A DNA stretch of 64,000 nt, taken from contig NW_024704742.1 of assembly GCF_018977255.1 (NCBI RefSeq), positions 93,870,001 to 93,934,000 of the forward strand, read 5' to 3'. This document shows positions 1-14,195 of the stretch, piece after piece; position 1 is the stretch's first letter; each line of letters begins with the position of its first letter. The notes beneath the pieces are model-generated. The model saw nothing but the letters and a program-made list of their open reading frames with translations. It made no database searches and had not been told where the DNA came from. Both the position numbers and the translations under genes were made by a program. The DNA is from Callorhinchus milii. Its lineage: Eukaryota.

Positions 1-2882
1 CTACCATTCCACCATACCATAGGCTACCATTCCATTCAGTCAATTGAGGCTGCTCATTTTACAAACAATATACAATCTATCTTAAGATGGACTTTATTTA
101 CCTATTTAATTTCATCAGGAAAACTTCTTTAGATACTCTTTGAACACCCCCAAAGTGATCCTACAAATTCCAGAATATCTTTCCATCCTCACTTCTTCAC
201 TATTCAATCCGGTCCAGCTGTTCTCCACAGTTGACCCCCTTCCCACATAGCTGTTTTGTATTTGATAATCTCAATCAATATTCATCTCCAAAATCTGATA
301 CATAGTTCATAATCTAAGTCTTGAAAAACTTGATAATTTTTCAGGGAAAACAAGTTCACCTTGCAGAATTACTCCTCAGGTAAAATCTTTTGTGAATGCT
401 CAGGAATTATACCCAAATCCTTTTTCTCTATTCACTTTTGCCAACTGACATCCATTCATTCCTTAATTTTTAATGTTTCAGTGTGCAATGCTGGATAAGA
501 TAATTGATTGTATTGGGAGATGCACATTATATCAAGGATAAGAGAAAGTCAATTGTGATATGAAATTCACCTGAATCTTGAAATTACTCACAATTATTTA
601 TCATATTTTACTTATAAATGGATTGCTCCACACTATAGCAGTTTTATTTAAGAAATAGTATTAATGCCATTTTAACCAACTTTACTCTGCATTCTGTGAT
701 ATTGAGGAGTCAATGTAAGACCACAGGTATTACTCCTTATTCTTGTTTTACTATGAATGATAACAGTGATATGTATTGAATCATGCTATTGTATGCAGCA
801 GTGCTGCTTGATGTGCTGATGGCTGCATGTTCTGTTGTTATACGTTGTACTGCTATATAGTTTGTGCCTTGAATTTTTGTCTGTGTTCTTTCACAATAAA
901 GCCAAGTTGACTCCAGGGATTGTTGCATTGGTAACGACTGTGGTGATCTGATAGCAATCTTTGGGTTCAGTGTTTAGTTCTGGGACTGGTTTTAATATCC
1001 CAAAGATACTTTGGCTGCAACTTATCAATACATGGACAGTGCTACGAATAGAATTTCAGCCACATGAAATGCAAACTTTCAATAATTAATTCCTTATTTA
1101 CATTGAATGCTTATTTAGTGACTGTGGAGAACAAGGAATGCAATTGGCATCACATTTGATTTATATTGATGCAGAAATCCCACCCATCCCAGATCATTAA
1201 ACATGCATGAAGGTGTGCCATTTGCACCAGAATTTACCATAATAAAGCAATGTGTGTTTGTTATTTTGCCTTTAGGCATATTCATTTTGACTTAAACAAA
1301 GTGCTTTATATAGTCAAGTGTTAGCCCACTCCTGATATTTAGACACTCCTGTATTTAATATTTATTCCTATTATTGTGTGGATATGATTGTAAGAAGCCT
1401 ATTTTGGCTATTTCTTAAAATAGTTCCACTTTTTTTNACCTGATAACCATTAATTAGCAATAAAAATCAGTATTTATATAGTGCTTTTCATATGAAATGA
1501 TCTTCACCTCAAAGTGCCCGCCAAATGTATTGGTCCACAACCAAGCAGAGAACTGGAATTTACCAAAGCAACAGGGTTAATCAGCCTGGATACAGTGATT
1601 TCCAGCGTTGAATTCAGTTTTTGAAAACCCAACTGTTGTATCTGTTTGATATTGGATAAGTGTGTTAATCTTCTACCACATCACAATGTGTTATCACATT
1701 TCTTGTGTGTGTGTGTGTATCCATATGTACATTACTACATTGTGCAGTACAGTGGTACATTCGACCTCATTGATTGGATACTCTTTTCCTGAATGTTAAT
1801 CTATAAGCATTCTAGCACCTTTGTCTTTTAATTCATTTATGTTGGATTTGTGTTCTTGTGTATTTTACATTGACTCTTCTAAAACTCAGACCAGAGGAGT
1901 TACTTTTGTGAATGGTAACTATGGTTTGAAAAATGTTTTTATTTTGTTACATAATCAGATCTAATTTCTCATCATAAACAATGCTGTTTCCATCTAATAA
2001 TAGGCGTTCAATCGGATGCATATAATTTAAAGCCCGTCATAGTCCTTGGGTTCATTTTAGAATCCTGTGACCTTCAAGGACGTTTAAAAAAAATGCTTGT
2101 ACGCTGGACCAGTGTTTAAACTGAACATATCTGTGTTTGAAGACTAAAATAAGACGGCTTCCAGATGTATGAACTGAGTGATCCATTTGTTTAGATTATG
2201 CTCCACAGCTGATGCCTAGATTAGTGCTGGCTGGACAAAGCTATGGGAGATTTGTCTGGTTTCCACGATGCCATGTTTATATTTCATTTGGATTTCTCCT
2301 TCAAAGCTGACCTCTATGTGACCTGTTGATAGTTATGTCCACTAGGAGGCTGGCTTCGTCTTGGCCACAACGGATCTCAAATTGGAAGTCTCAACATTGT
2401 TTTTTTTTAATATTGTTTTTAGCGTTCTGTTTTGGGATTAGCATTGTCCAATTTCAGTCTTGTGCTGCATGCATTGAAAGTTGATAGAAGTTGAACGTTG
2501 ACTTATCAATTCTACGCTGTTGCACTCTTAAGTAATGTGGCAGCAGATCAGCTCATCACTTGTAAATCAATAGGTTAAAAAGTTTAGCTCTGAAAGTCTC
2601 TTCACATTGCATATGATTACAGTGTGCATATAATTACTTAAAAAAAACTTGTGTAGTTTCATTGCTTATGGGATGGATGGCAAAGTAGTTGATGGTATCT
2701 TTACTTATAGTAATAATCATATAAAAGTATTGCAAAAGGAAATAAATGGTTTGTGTAAAGTTTTTTTTAAAATAGTATTGCAAAAAGGCTTTTGGCTCAA
2801 GGGTAAGAAATCCTGACCAAAATGCCATATGTATTACACAATCAAGTACTGCAATGTAAACAGAGCACTGTGCCATGAAAGC

Positions 2883-2891
2883 AGGGTGGTC
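2883..2891 (-). promoter_or_regulatory. GLI variant site GACCACCCT, intron 2
   Basis: AGGGTGGTC on +; 8/9 match. Confidence 0.4.
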
Positions 2892-5297
2892 TAAACCTCC
2901 ATCCCGCTCCCTCCTCCCTTTTTTTAAAAAAAAGCTCTGCTGTGAAATGACCACAGTAGTTGTAGTGTTATTTCTGTTTTGGCTGCTGAGCTGGGGTTTG
3001 GAACAAAACTGACAGTGAACATTTGAATTATTATAGGGCCAGCCACTGCCAAAGAACTGCATGCAACTAAATTCAAAATCCAATACAATCTGGGTAGGAT
3101 GTAATTGTCACCATTATTAATATTTAGTTTTCCAACTTCTAGTGGTGTCGGTGAATGCAGATCTGGTAAATACAATGCAGCTGTTATATCAGTTCTAATT
3201 TCTATATTTACTCTTCTTTTTTTACATTAAAGGGCAGCCAGGTCCAAACTGTCTTAAAACCTCTTCCTCCAACATGCAGACTGGCCCCCGGTAAAGAGTA
3301 CTCTTTTGAAAAGTAAATGTATTTTATTTACATTTTACACAAGTCAGTGGTTGTATTTATATTCTTAATTATTTGACATCCAACAGTATGAGGGAACGTA
3401 ACAGTTCACAGCACCCACAGTGCTGCTGCCTGTGCCAATGTCTCATCTTCTGTTTGAAAGACGGAAGCCACTCTCTGAGTGCGCATTTTGTGGTGGTGCT
3501 TGTTCCAAAGATTCTATGTAACAATTAATAATTAGTATTCATTTGTTGTCTCTCGGATAATGGGAAATGAATGCTTTTAAAAGTTTTTTTTCTGAACTAT
3601 TTTTAAACATAGTTAATAGGAAATAAATGTTCTTCCTACTACAGATATTGGGATGGGGCGGGGGAGAAAGAAAGGGTGAACCTTGTGATTTTTTTTAAAA
3701 GCTACTGTTTCACATGGCTTGCAAAATAAATCTCTCTTTTTTGTTTCCCACACCAATTGATTTATCATTTTGCTTGCAAGCAGACTTAGAATGTTAGGGC
3801 AGGAACACACTCACTTTTTTCTGGTAACTTTTTTGTTGCAGGCCGAAACCAGTTGACTTGAATAAATTTTTCTGCGGTCTGAATGAAGCCAGCAACGTGG
3901 AAAACTCTTGCCATTCAGGGCTGTCTGAATGTACATTTCAGCCACACAGTAAGCTGTATTTGTAGGCAGTGGACTGCTAAATACAACCATTTTTCGCAGC
4001 AGAGAGTTAGACAGGTGATTAGCATAATTAGCACAAACCAGGCTATACATATGGAAATGCTAAGTGTGTAAATGCCAGCTGCGGTGTAAAATTTATGTCA
4101 GGGGTCGACAGGGCTGTGTGAAAGTATTGTGTTACAGCTGCAGGTCAAAGCCTCCATTGCTTTCCCCCTTTCTTTTGATAGTGAATGCACTAAACAGAAG
4201 AGAGGGAGAGAAAGAACGAGAGAGAAGAGAAAGAGAAATATAACAGATAAGGCTTTGATAATGCATTCTGCGCCATTACAATTGCACCAAAAGTTTCTAT
4301 TTTCTTCAGAGAGTTTATTTTACACTTTTTTCCCCCATTTCAGTGCATCTCTACATTTGTTGATAGTTGACCATTTTTCATCAAAATGTGATGCTCCCTC
4401 CAATAGTTTCTCCCTTAAAGAGTTGTCAATTTTAGGTGATACTTTCAAAGGTAAACATCTGATCTGACTTGTAGTAAAATGTTGGCACAACTCCTTGTTA
4501 ACATAATATTTTAATTTTTTAAAAATGTTCCAAATAGTTAGCAGTTTAGGCTTTATTGTTTGTCATTCGGTTGCAAACTGAATAATGAGATTCAATATTA
4601 AGAGCTATTTGTGGGACACAAGTCTTAAACTTTTTTTCTTTTTGGTTTCTTTGTGCGGGTTAACAAATACATTCCCAAGGCTCCTTCTCAGCTCCTAATA
4701 ATGACCACTAGAATAGCTGGAAAATTAAAAAGAACTGATCACTGGTTACTTTGCACTGAAATGTATTCAGTGATTTGAGAGGAGCCCTGAAATCTCATTT
4801 GCTGTAAACTGTGCATTCAGTTTTTGGCTTTGTGTCTATTTTTATGGTTGGCTTGGGGTGTTGGTGGTAGAGTATAGTTCACACCACACTGACCCTGTGA
4901 TGAAACTTCCTCACGGCTGCAGGGGGTCCTTATGAGTCGGCCTCTAATCCAGCTAATCCTAGTCGCAACAAAATCATGAAAGTGGCCCCCAGTGATGTGT
5001 GTTTCCCTGCACAGATGGCAGAGGAAAGGTGTTGGTTATAAATCACTCCAAAAGCAACGTTCCGCACAGACTGGGGAGCCTCTCTGTAGCTGGTGAGGTG
5101 GGGGGGTTGGGGGAAGAAGTAGTAGACAATGTGTCTCTTTCCCCCACCCACCCCACACACACCCCCTCCACACACCCCTCCCATGTGGCCTGCACGGAAA
5201 AGCTAATGAAAACTAAAGAGAATCTACTGGAGGGAGATCAGACTTGGCTCAAAACTGAAAGATCATGTTCATTTCACCAAAAGTGGGCAAATGTGCT

Positions 5298-5321
5298 GGG
5301 GGGGGGGGGGGGGGGGGGGGG
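5298..5321 (+). repeat. G24 homopolymer
   Basis: Direct read. Confidence 0.9.
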
Positions 5322-5715
5322 AGTGTTACGCAACAGAATGAATGCAGTGACATGAAGCTGTGGCTTTTAACTATACGTTTCCTGGGATATTTGGTTGCAA
5401 TGTTCAAGATCTGTACAAACACTCCTCTCCATTGCTAATCTCGATGCTGAAGGTACATATTTTTATTATTTTGATCCAATTGTTTTTAATAGTACTGTGG
5501 CACAGTACTACTTACAAATATAATTTGTAAGTATAACTCTTAACAGCATAAATTCAAATATATTTTGCAAAAGGTTAGCTGACAGCTAATTTTGGATCTT
5601 ACTGTTACAATTTTGGACAGTGAACAAAATCTTCAGCCTGCATCCTGCTATTTAAAGCAGTATTTATAAGTTCTCATATACACTCAAATTTCATCAGTGG
5701 CTTTTTAGCTACTGA

Positions 5716-6095
5716 TGGGTAAATGTACTGTGTAGTATAGCAGTAGGACATAAAACCTAGGAAAGTTTCAGGATTTTAGACTCCCATCATTGGTGTGTGT
5801 TGGTGTTAGCTGATCTGGGTCAGACTGGAGGTACAATTTGGTCTTAGTGTCCCTGAACACGGATTGGTAGTGGGGGAGACAAATCTGCCAGAATTCATAC
5901 TTCTAAACACTATCTGGTCACAATGTCCTGGAATTTGTCTATAATGCCGCTGTCAGTTGAAAGTTTGGAGGAAGTTCAGCTGTGGCACTCTGTAGTGTCA
6001 AACAGTCTGCTGACACTCCAGGCTTAATTACTTGGGCCAGGAAGGGAGACTGCCAACATCCATGGAACCATAAGTTTCTGCCCTTGTGAGAGGGA
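5716..6095 (+). repeat. Old dispersed SINE-like repeat, family X
   Basis: GTTAGCTGATCT, CTGCTGACACTC and CATGGAAC motifs shared with other copies in the window. Confidence 0.55.
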
Positions 6096-6599
6096 AATTT
6101 AAGTCAAAATATTATATTTTGTTATAGATTTTCAATGCAAAATCTTAATGTGACTTTTGACCAGAATTTTGTATGACCCTAACTTTGTTAAAAGCAGCAT
6201 AGACATGTAAATGCCAGCTGTGGTATAACATTTATTCCCACGTGGCAGATTAAAGAAGTGCGTTTGAGGTTGGAGGAAGAACCTTGTGATAGAAACTGCC
6301 ATTTCCAGTGAGGAAGCCCATGTACATCACCACTGTTTGACTCTTCAGACTGTGGCTCCCACCTGATACAGTCAAGGTGTCGCTAGTCAGCTTTAGAACT
6401 ACAATGGGATCTCCTGGCCAAACGGTTGCTTTTCTGACAATTACATGCCAGTAACCAAGCCTTCTGCTTTCTTGAGTTGCACCTTTTCAACCCCATTTTT
6501 GTCAAAACCTTTTCTTTTCAAGGTGAAAGAGCATGTGCCCCTTCTTATCACCCCTTGTAGGTTTGCCCATTGGTCACAAGATGTGTAGCTGAGAGGGGA

Positions 6600-6714
6600 T
6601 AATAATAATAATCCTTACATTTGATATAGCGTCTGATCACGTTTTCCGAGACGCCTGAAAACCCTTCACAGAATACACTGTAAAGTGCAGTGACTGTGTA
6701 TTTTGTGGGTGAAA
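6600..6714 (-). mobile_element. SINE 3' fragment
   Basis: (AAT)nCCTTACATTTGATATAGCG...GACTGTGTATTTTGTGGG. Confidence 0.8.
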
Positions 6715-8325
6715 ATCATGAGTGAGCTCCCACATTGGGACTTGCTCCTAACCCACCAATATTAGCTGCTCATAACTGTCCTATTAGGAGATATGCACGA
6801 GCGGCTCACCAGCAATTCCGCACTAAGTTTTCCCCTTTGCCCCATAGAGAGACACCTGGGAATTCTGCTCAGTGCCTCCCTAGCCAGCGGGACTGAGTTT
6901 GAAAATGTAGTGTTCCTTTTTATCACTCAGAGAAGGGCAAGGGCTGAGCAGTGTTTAAAAACAAACAAAAAAAAACTTGTTCTGTTATTACTTACAAAGT
7001 AAAATTCCCCATATGTCAGCATTTATTAATTGCTGAGTTTTGTTGGGATCAAGAAGATGACTAACATGCATTAAGGATGATTATATTATTGTCATCATTA
7101 ATAATAATAAATGGAAGAAATACAAAATTCACAGACTGGATAGATATAAAAAACAGAGAAGGTCATAGGAAACTTGTAAAAATTCACTTCTCAGCACAGT
7201 TGAAAATTGAATCTGTTTTCTGTTTTGCCATAATTGCAAGTGTTTTGATTTTGGTTGTACTATTATGAAGCCTTCCAAATTGGTGGCCCACTGAATGTTG
7301 TGACGATGGGAGCCAGACAGGATACAGGGGAATGCTGGATTCACTTCAGTTTGTGCATGCTGGGGAGTCTTGACCCTAATAAGCTCAGTACAGAGAGACT
7401 ATACACTATGTGCAATTCTGCACCACTGCAAAGTGCTTCAGTGTGAGGCTCCACAGCAACAGCAGCTGGAAGCAGGCAGCCTCAGAAAACTTCTGCCCTA
7501 TTGCATTATACTTTCATTCAGTTAATAAGCAGACATACCCTTGTTGCATCCTTTTTTTGGTCAGCCAGGTGTCTGACACATACAGAAACCTAACTGCATG
7601 CTTAAGAGTATCCCAACCAAACTGAGAATTTCATGCATCCCACCTACACCTGGAAATTCCAGCGATGTTTATTGGAATGGAATGCGCACTCTCTCCCTGG
7701 AGGGCTGCATCCTGTTTACCTAATTCCGTAATGTATTAGGCACAGTCAAGGCTTGGGGACCCCAGAGTGTGCATTGGGGTATATTGCTGGAGTTTAGCCA
7801 GCTAAAACTGCATTGCTTGCATTGAGAGCACTGTGTGCAAGTTGTTTTGCTGCTTGTCCAGCTACAACCACCTAACCATCAGGGCTTTGGCTTGCAGGGT
7901 TAACAGGAGCTGAGTGGAAAGAGTCCTTGCCCCCGGTGACTGGTCTGCCATTCCAAGTCCTGCCGATGAGGCTGGTTGTGCCGTCATCAGCAGTACTGCA
8001 GACCTGACTGGCTCAGGAACTCGACTACTAAGACCTCCCCAGAGGGTTGGCTCGATTCTGACTTTCCATTGCCAAGCGTATTACCTTGGAGCCAGTTCAG
8101 CTTAATATCTGTATGGAGCCTGTACTTCCAAGCTAAAATACTTAGAGAATTCTGTCTCACCCCAAGACACAGAAAGTAATACAAGTTCCTTCCTGAACCT
8201 CAAGATCTCACACCATATAAATTCTCATGGAATTTTAAGATCTTAGTTTTCCCAAATGCAGGTTCGGTGATGTCCATAATATAGTTGCTCTGGATCTATG
8301 TATTACAATACACAGTACAAATTTC

Positions 8326-8590
8326 TATTTATATAAAGCCTTTTCAATCAGAAGGATGTCCCAAACAACTAAACTATCTGGGCAATCAAGCTGGGCGTGG
8401 GGACTAGGAAGGGGAGGGAGAAGATGACTGAAAGCAAAAAGGTAGGTCTTGAGACAGATCTTGTATGAAGTGAGAGAGGGAGGGATCAAGCCAGAAGTTC
8501 TCTGGGGTGGAATTCTAGAGAGCGAGGGCAGAGATGCTTCCACTGATGGTGGGGAGGGAAGAACAGAAGACATGAAGAAGGCCATTGCTT
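8326..8590 (-). mobile_element. Degenerate L2 3' fragment
   Basis: Minus-strand SLTSYKICLKTYLF with an L2-like tail. Confidence 0.65.
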
Positions 8591-11500
8591 GTTGAGCAAA
8601 AGGGAGACTTTTAGGTTATTGTATAAATATCAAATAAAGATTAGGGCATTAGTGCACCGACTTTTATCTAAGAGCAGTATTTCTTGTCTTTTACTCTGGA
8701 ATGGAAATGTAAGTTTAAAATGAACAATCTTTCAGCTGGTCATGGCTTCTGAGATTGGCTAGCAATTGTCACTTCTGGTTCGCTGTACACGAATATCAGA
8801 GAGAAATGAAGTATAGTAGAGGCCATCATTTCACTTGTTATTGTTTTGCAGGTAGTTGCAAAGCAGGTAGATTTAGCAGTTTGATGGAAGCATGGGAGAA
8901 TAATTGATCAAAGGATTGGAGAATACTAGTTAATCAGTAAATCATAACTGCCAAAAGGAAAGTAAAATGAGATGATTTACAATTCCTGCCTGGGAAGTGT
9001 GCCAGAAAAAATCCAGAGTCCCTATAGAAGAGCACCCAGGATTGCAACAGCAATACTGTATGTAGAGCTACATTGTAACGATGAACCCATATGATTCAAC
9101 CATCTGTCTAGAGACCCATGATGAAAAACGAAATAGTACTCCTTATTCTCACAAATTGATGTTGGTTGGCCACAGCCCTGTTAATACAGGGCAACAGATG
9201 CTGTGATTAAAACAAAAGAATCCAACCCACTGGGTTTCTAAAGCAAGGCTATATTTTATAGTGTTTGATTTCAGGTATTATTAAGAACTGTTGCTTTCTT
9301 CTGAGGAGAATGGAATGCACTGAATAATCTGAGGCGTAGTAGTTTGCCATTTGTAGACTTCAATTACAATCCACTTGTGCATAATATATTGCAGTATATG
9401 TTGCAAAGTTTGTTTCATGAGCGATCCCTGTTTTCATGCTTAGAATGATCTACAGGTTGAAGTGGAGTTGTTTTGATGGTTTTATGTAAACAGATATGTA
9501 GATTACCAAAAAATGCATTGGTTAACTTGGAGAGTTCAAGTCAGAGATCGGAGGGACAGTAGTAATGGGCCAGTGTTAATAAGATGAAAGTGGATTAAAG
9601 CACGATGAAAGATGGCAGAAAATTCTTGCAATGTCTGAGGTTGGCCATAATGAGTGTGACTTTTAATCCTATTTGGCATATTTGATTACACCTGAAGTAG
9701 ATAGCACTGGATAGCTGTGTTGGGCGAGGAGGCCTTTTGTAGTCTCAGAGTAAAGTGTGTCATCAAGACAAGTTGAATAGCATGGAGGGAGAATGATGGG
9801 GACGCTTCTGATCTCGGTTCAAAAGTTAATTTTTGTTTTGTGAGCAGCAGCATTCAAAATCAATGAATTGCCATATGGTAAATTAAAGTGTTCATGAATG
9901 AGGGTTTATATTTACCAATTGTGAGAAGAGGAACAGTATATCCAATGTTGTAAATTATACTCCAGTATTTTGTTAGATTGTTTTGAAAACTAATTTTTGA
10001 GGTAACAAAGTAACCCAAGAAATATAAATCATGCTGTGCTTCCTCTTGAATCGTTACTGTTTGCCCCATTCCAGTTCTGGATGAATGTAACATTTCCAGA
10101 CATAAAGTGGGAACATGCTTGCAATTTGTAACCCTCAATTATAGTTCACTTTGTGTATAATGCATGTTTTATATGTAAGGTTTGTCTACAAAATACATAC
10201 TTTACAGCAAATCCTATGAAGGTAACATTTCAAATTCAAGGATTATTAATAATATAATTAACATTATAAGTTTTCAATTACTAATTACAATTTTGCTAGT
10301 TTACATTGATATTCTGGGCCCCATCTTTTCCTTAGCTTGTTAAAGGCACTTATTGAAAGTTGCCATAACATAGACGTGCAATATGTTCAGATATTTTTGT
10401 GGATTTTGCTCCATAAGGGTATCTAAATATTACTGTAACTGTGCCATGGCTATGAATGTTATATAATCCCATTGTGGGGTCCAAAATGGATAAAATGGGT
10501 GAATACATCAGAATTGAACTGAATAAGCAGATTGCTGGAAATATCAATACCACAGTTTTTACAGTTATCTGTTTTATTAAGTCCCAGCCTCAGCAGCTCT
10601 GGTCTGTGCCTTTGTGACATGAGGCTTGAACTCTACCCTCTAGGTCCCTTTGATGTTATTAGGCAGGACTTGAGCAATTAAGTAAAAACAATAACAGGGC
10701 AACGAAGCATTTCATTATCAGCATGTGTTGATGTCGATTTCAGGTGAAATTAGATTAGACCCAAAGTTCCGCATTTATCTTGAAAAATAAACCTGAATGC
10801 TAGAAATCTGTAATTAAAAATAGAGATCTTTTAATGCCATTTGACTAAGTTATTTGAGAATAGTAACCAGTGCTGATAGTAAACACTCAGCTGGTTCGAG
10901 GGAAATGAAGAATTACTTGTTTATCCCAGTCAGCATTTGTCTTTGATGAAATTTAGTGTTAAATTCCATTGATACCAGAAGGAAATATCAGCCTGGGTGA
11001 GAATTCCTCAGAAGGTACCTTTTGGTATTGAATGTAATACCTGCTTCTGCAGTCACTTCTTTTTCTCCTGGCTCAATATTTGTTTCATACAGTTTTAGTT
11101 GATTTATTTGGACACTGGGATCCGTCACTGTTGTGGGCCCTCACTATTTCTTTGAGTAGAGTGACCGTGCTGGAATATGTTATAGTTGTACTGCTACAGA
11201 ACTGTAAGAGATTGCCAAATCCGTTCACAAATGGATGATGGAAGTTGCATGCCGGTATTAATGAACTGTGCAAGTGAACTTTTTTGAGTACAATTTTGAT
11301 TATTAAGAGCACTTTGCAATCGTAAAGAGTTACATTTCACAGAAGTAGGAAAATTGTATTGAGAATAGAAAAGGCTGATGTTTTAGCTCCACACAGGAGT
11401 GATTAATGAGTGCCATAAGAGAAGGTAATGATGAACTGAGCACAAAATTACAGTAAAGGTCCCTACAGTAATATAGTTTTGAAGGAAAAGAAAATAACTT

Positions 11501-12099
11501 TAGTGAAAACAGAAATCCTTTGCTTTTCTGTTCCAGGTATTACTCATTTGTTCTGGTGATACTCCACAATATTTCCTATATAGGGATCTAATTTGCAGTA
11601 TGCTGTATAAAGGAATCCTGTTAGAATTCCTGATGATTTACAGGAGCATGGCTTCAGAAGTGGATGGTGTAAGAGGGATATTCCCGCAGGTCGGAGAAAC
11701 ATTTTTCCAGCCACTGAAAATAGTCCTCCTTTCCTGAGTTGGATTCCTTATTTAGGAAACTGGCTAAGAAATACTGCAAATTAGACTCCACAGTTTCAAG
11801 TGCATTGTGACCATCTTACAAAACAGGTAGCATTTGATATGGTTATAACATAGATACCAGTGGAGTCTTGCTGGGAAAAAGGTAATGAGTGTCTCTTTGT
11901 TAATAGTCTTATTGTCCAAAGTGCTCTTAGGCGCTATACTCCATGAGAGACGCTATATGTATGCAAGTTGTTGTTGTGGTGGTATTTGAGTAGACAAGTA
12001 TTAAAATCGCTTTAGAAATGAGTGGTAAGCATCCTTGATGGCTGAATACCACCCCATATAGCACTAAGAAATACAGAATAGAAGAATATAAACATATTT

Positions 12100-12378
12100 T
12101 GATTCCTAGCTGAACTTTGGGGCATTGCAAATAGACAACGGGAAAAATCAGCTATAGGTGGAACTGCTGGTCACTGGTCAGTCACCCCTTCTAAAGGTTT
12201 GTGTGTGAGATATTGGAAAAACAGCTGCACAGACTCCACTGATTTGCTTCCATGCTCAAATAGGCACCTGACACTCACTGTCTAGGCTCATGTGTAAAGA
12301 ATGGCCTCTTGAGCAGGGTAATAGAGGCCTGCAGGCATCCGTGGAGCAGAGGACCCCCTTCAGCAGAAGAGGAGAAAG
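12100..12378 (+). repeat. Family X copy
   Basis: GGAAAAATCAGC...CTGACACTCACTGTCTAGGCTCATGTGTAAAGAATGGCC. Confidence 0.6.
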
Positions 12379-13844
12379 TTGGCAACATTTACAGAACATC
12401 TAATGTTCAAACATTGTGTGCAGGCTGGAGGAAGGAAGCAGCAGGGTTTTTTTTTGCCAGGGACTTCATCTGTACAGTAGAGTGTTAATTGAAACAATTA
12501 ATCATTATACGTACTGTAAGTAGAACATTTGCATGGATGGGGGGATCTACATCCAGTGCCAACATTTTGAATCTTTGCTCTAGGACTATAATGGTAACAT
12601 TGTTCCTAGCCTGTTTGACGAGATGCAGCACAAGATTTTAAATGACAGATTTTCTTTTACATAAATTAATGTAACCCAGTGCTCATTCTGGCTACAGATA
12701 CAGAGAGTCCTGCGCATACTGTGGGAATATGTATTGTGTAGTCTAGTTACTTTTACCAAAGTGCACACCAGTGAATGGCGAGTCAAAGGGCTGCATTCGC
12801 TTTCATAGCATTTTGTACACTAATCTGCTTATTTTCACTTCCCATTAATTCTTACAGTGTATCCTAACTTGTGCCATGATGGAACTTGTTTAATGTCCTG
12901 TATTTCTTTACCACCTCTGTTAGCCCTTATTGAGCTCAACTCAATATGCAAGTACTGTACACCAAAATCTTCTCATACCTAGTCCAGGTATGAATCACCC
13001 TGTCATTTACTTTGAATACATTACTTGTGACTGCAGCCAATCCTTTAATCTCTTTACACCTGTTTTGTAAAGTGGCTGCAAGCCCATTTCTCATTCCTCA
13101 ATTTGTTTTATCCTTATTATTTTAATATATTTTGACCCAACTCGTATAAATTTGCCAAGAAAATCAAACAAGGGCTTCATTGTGTTCTTCTGCACTGATT
13201 ATTTTACCACTGTCTTTGGAGCACGCATGCTGGAAACTCATCTTTGAAATGCACTTTTTTCTCATTAAGCTCGTGTAATTGTAACACTAAATTGGGAAAC
13301 ACACACTATAACCTAGAAAAATAGTTAAGAGCCAAAGGAATACAGTGTATTGGGGCAGAAGGTATTAAAGAGCAGATTTTTTTTACTTCCAACAGCCTAT
13401 CTACAATCAGCACTCGGGGACGCTATCTGCATGAGGGGCGCTATATAAACACAAGTTGTTGTTTTTGTAATTGTTCATTCACCTCACAGCTTTCCATCAG
13501 ACCTTGGTGTAAAAAAACAGACATTACACTTAATATTTATGATAATAATACTTCTTTTTAATACTTGACAATAGTTATTGTGGTGGTAAGAGAACAGCTT
13601 ACACGAAAATGCAAGACTTACAATCTTGATTGAAAACCCGTTGTCAATGAAAATACGAGCCCGAGCAGGGAAGGGGCAGGATTAATGGTCATGTTAAACT
13701 GAATGTGGGCTGTGTTGACACATCTAACACAGTGGAGGAACACTTAATACATTATAGTAGAGGGTTATTACTAGTACTGTACATGTGCTGAAGTATACCT
13801 GGAGTGTCGTATAAGAAATCCATTGTCCTCCAGAACTGATTTGG

Positions 13845-14195
13845 CTAATTTCTCCCTCCCAAGTCTTCTAAAGGTATCACTGTGGTAAAGTTTCGCAGGT
13901 GCTGACAGCCCTCCAGTAACTCCTCAGTGGCTGTTCTTAATGTGCAAGCCTGAACAGTGAGTGTTGGCAGGTGGGGTGCATCACTGCCGACTCTGATCCC
14001 ATTCTCACCCAACGCACAGCACACAGAATTTCCAGCAGGGGTCACTGGCTAAGGATCAAGAGCTGATGGCTATTTGCCTCTCGACTGCGTGGTCTTGGAG
14101 ATCAATTGTAGTATCTACAACTGAGATCAACCAATATCATTAACCTCAGAACAGACTGGGGCTTGTATGGTCTAGTCTTGCACCAGGTATTTGTC
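13845..14195 (-). repeat. Family X copy
   Basis: GCCTGAACAGTGAGTGTTGGCAGG...TTCCAGCAGGGGTCACTGG...CTGAGATCA. Confidence 0.6.

Noticed and set aside
2634..3175. Antisense ORFs in intron 2
   Set aside because: Low-complexity translation typical of AT-rich non-coding DNA.
14086..14094. GLI variant TGCGTGGTC
   Set aside because: Lies inside a family X repeat copy with no supporting context.
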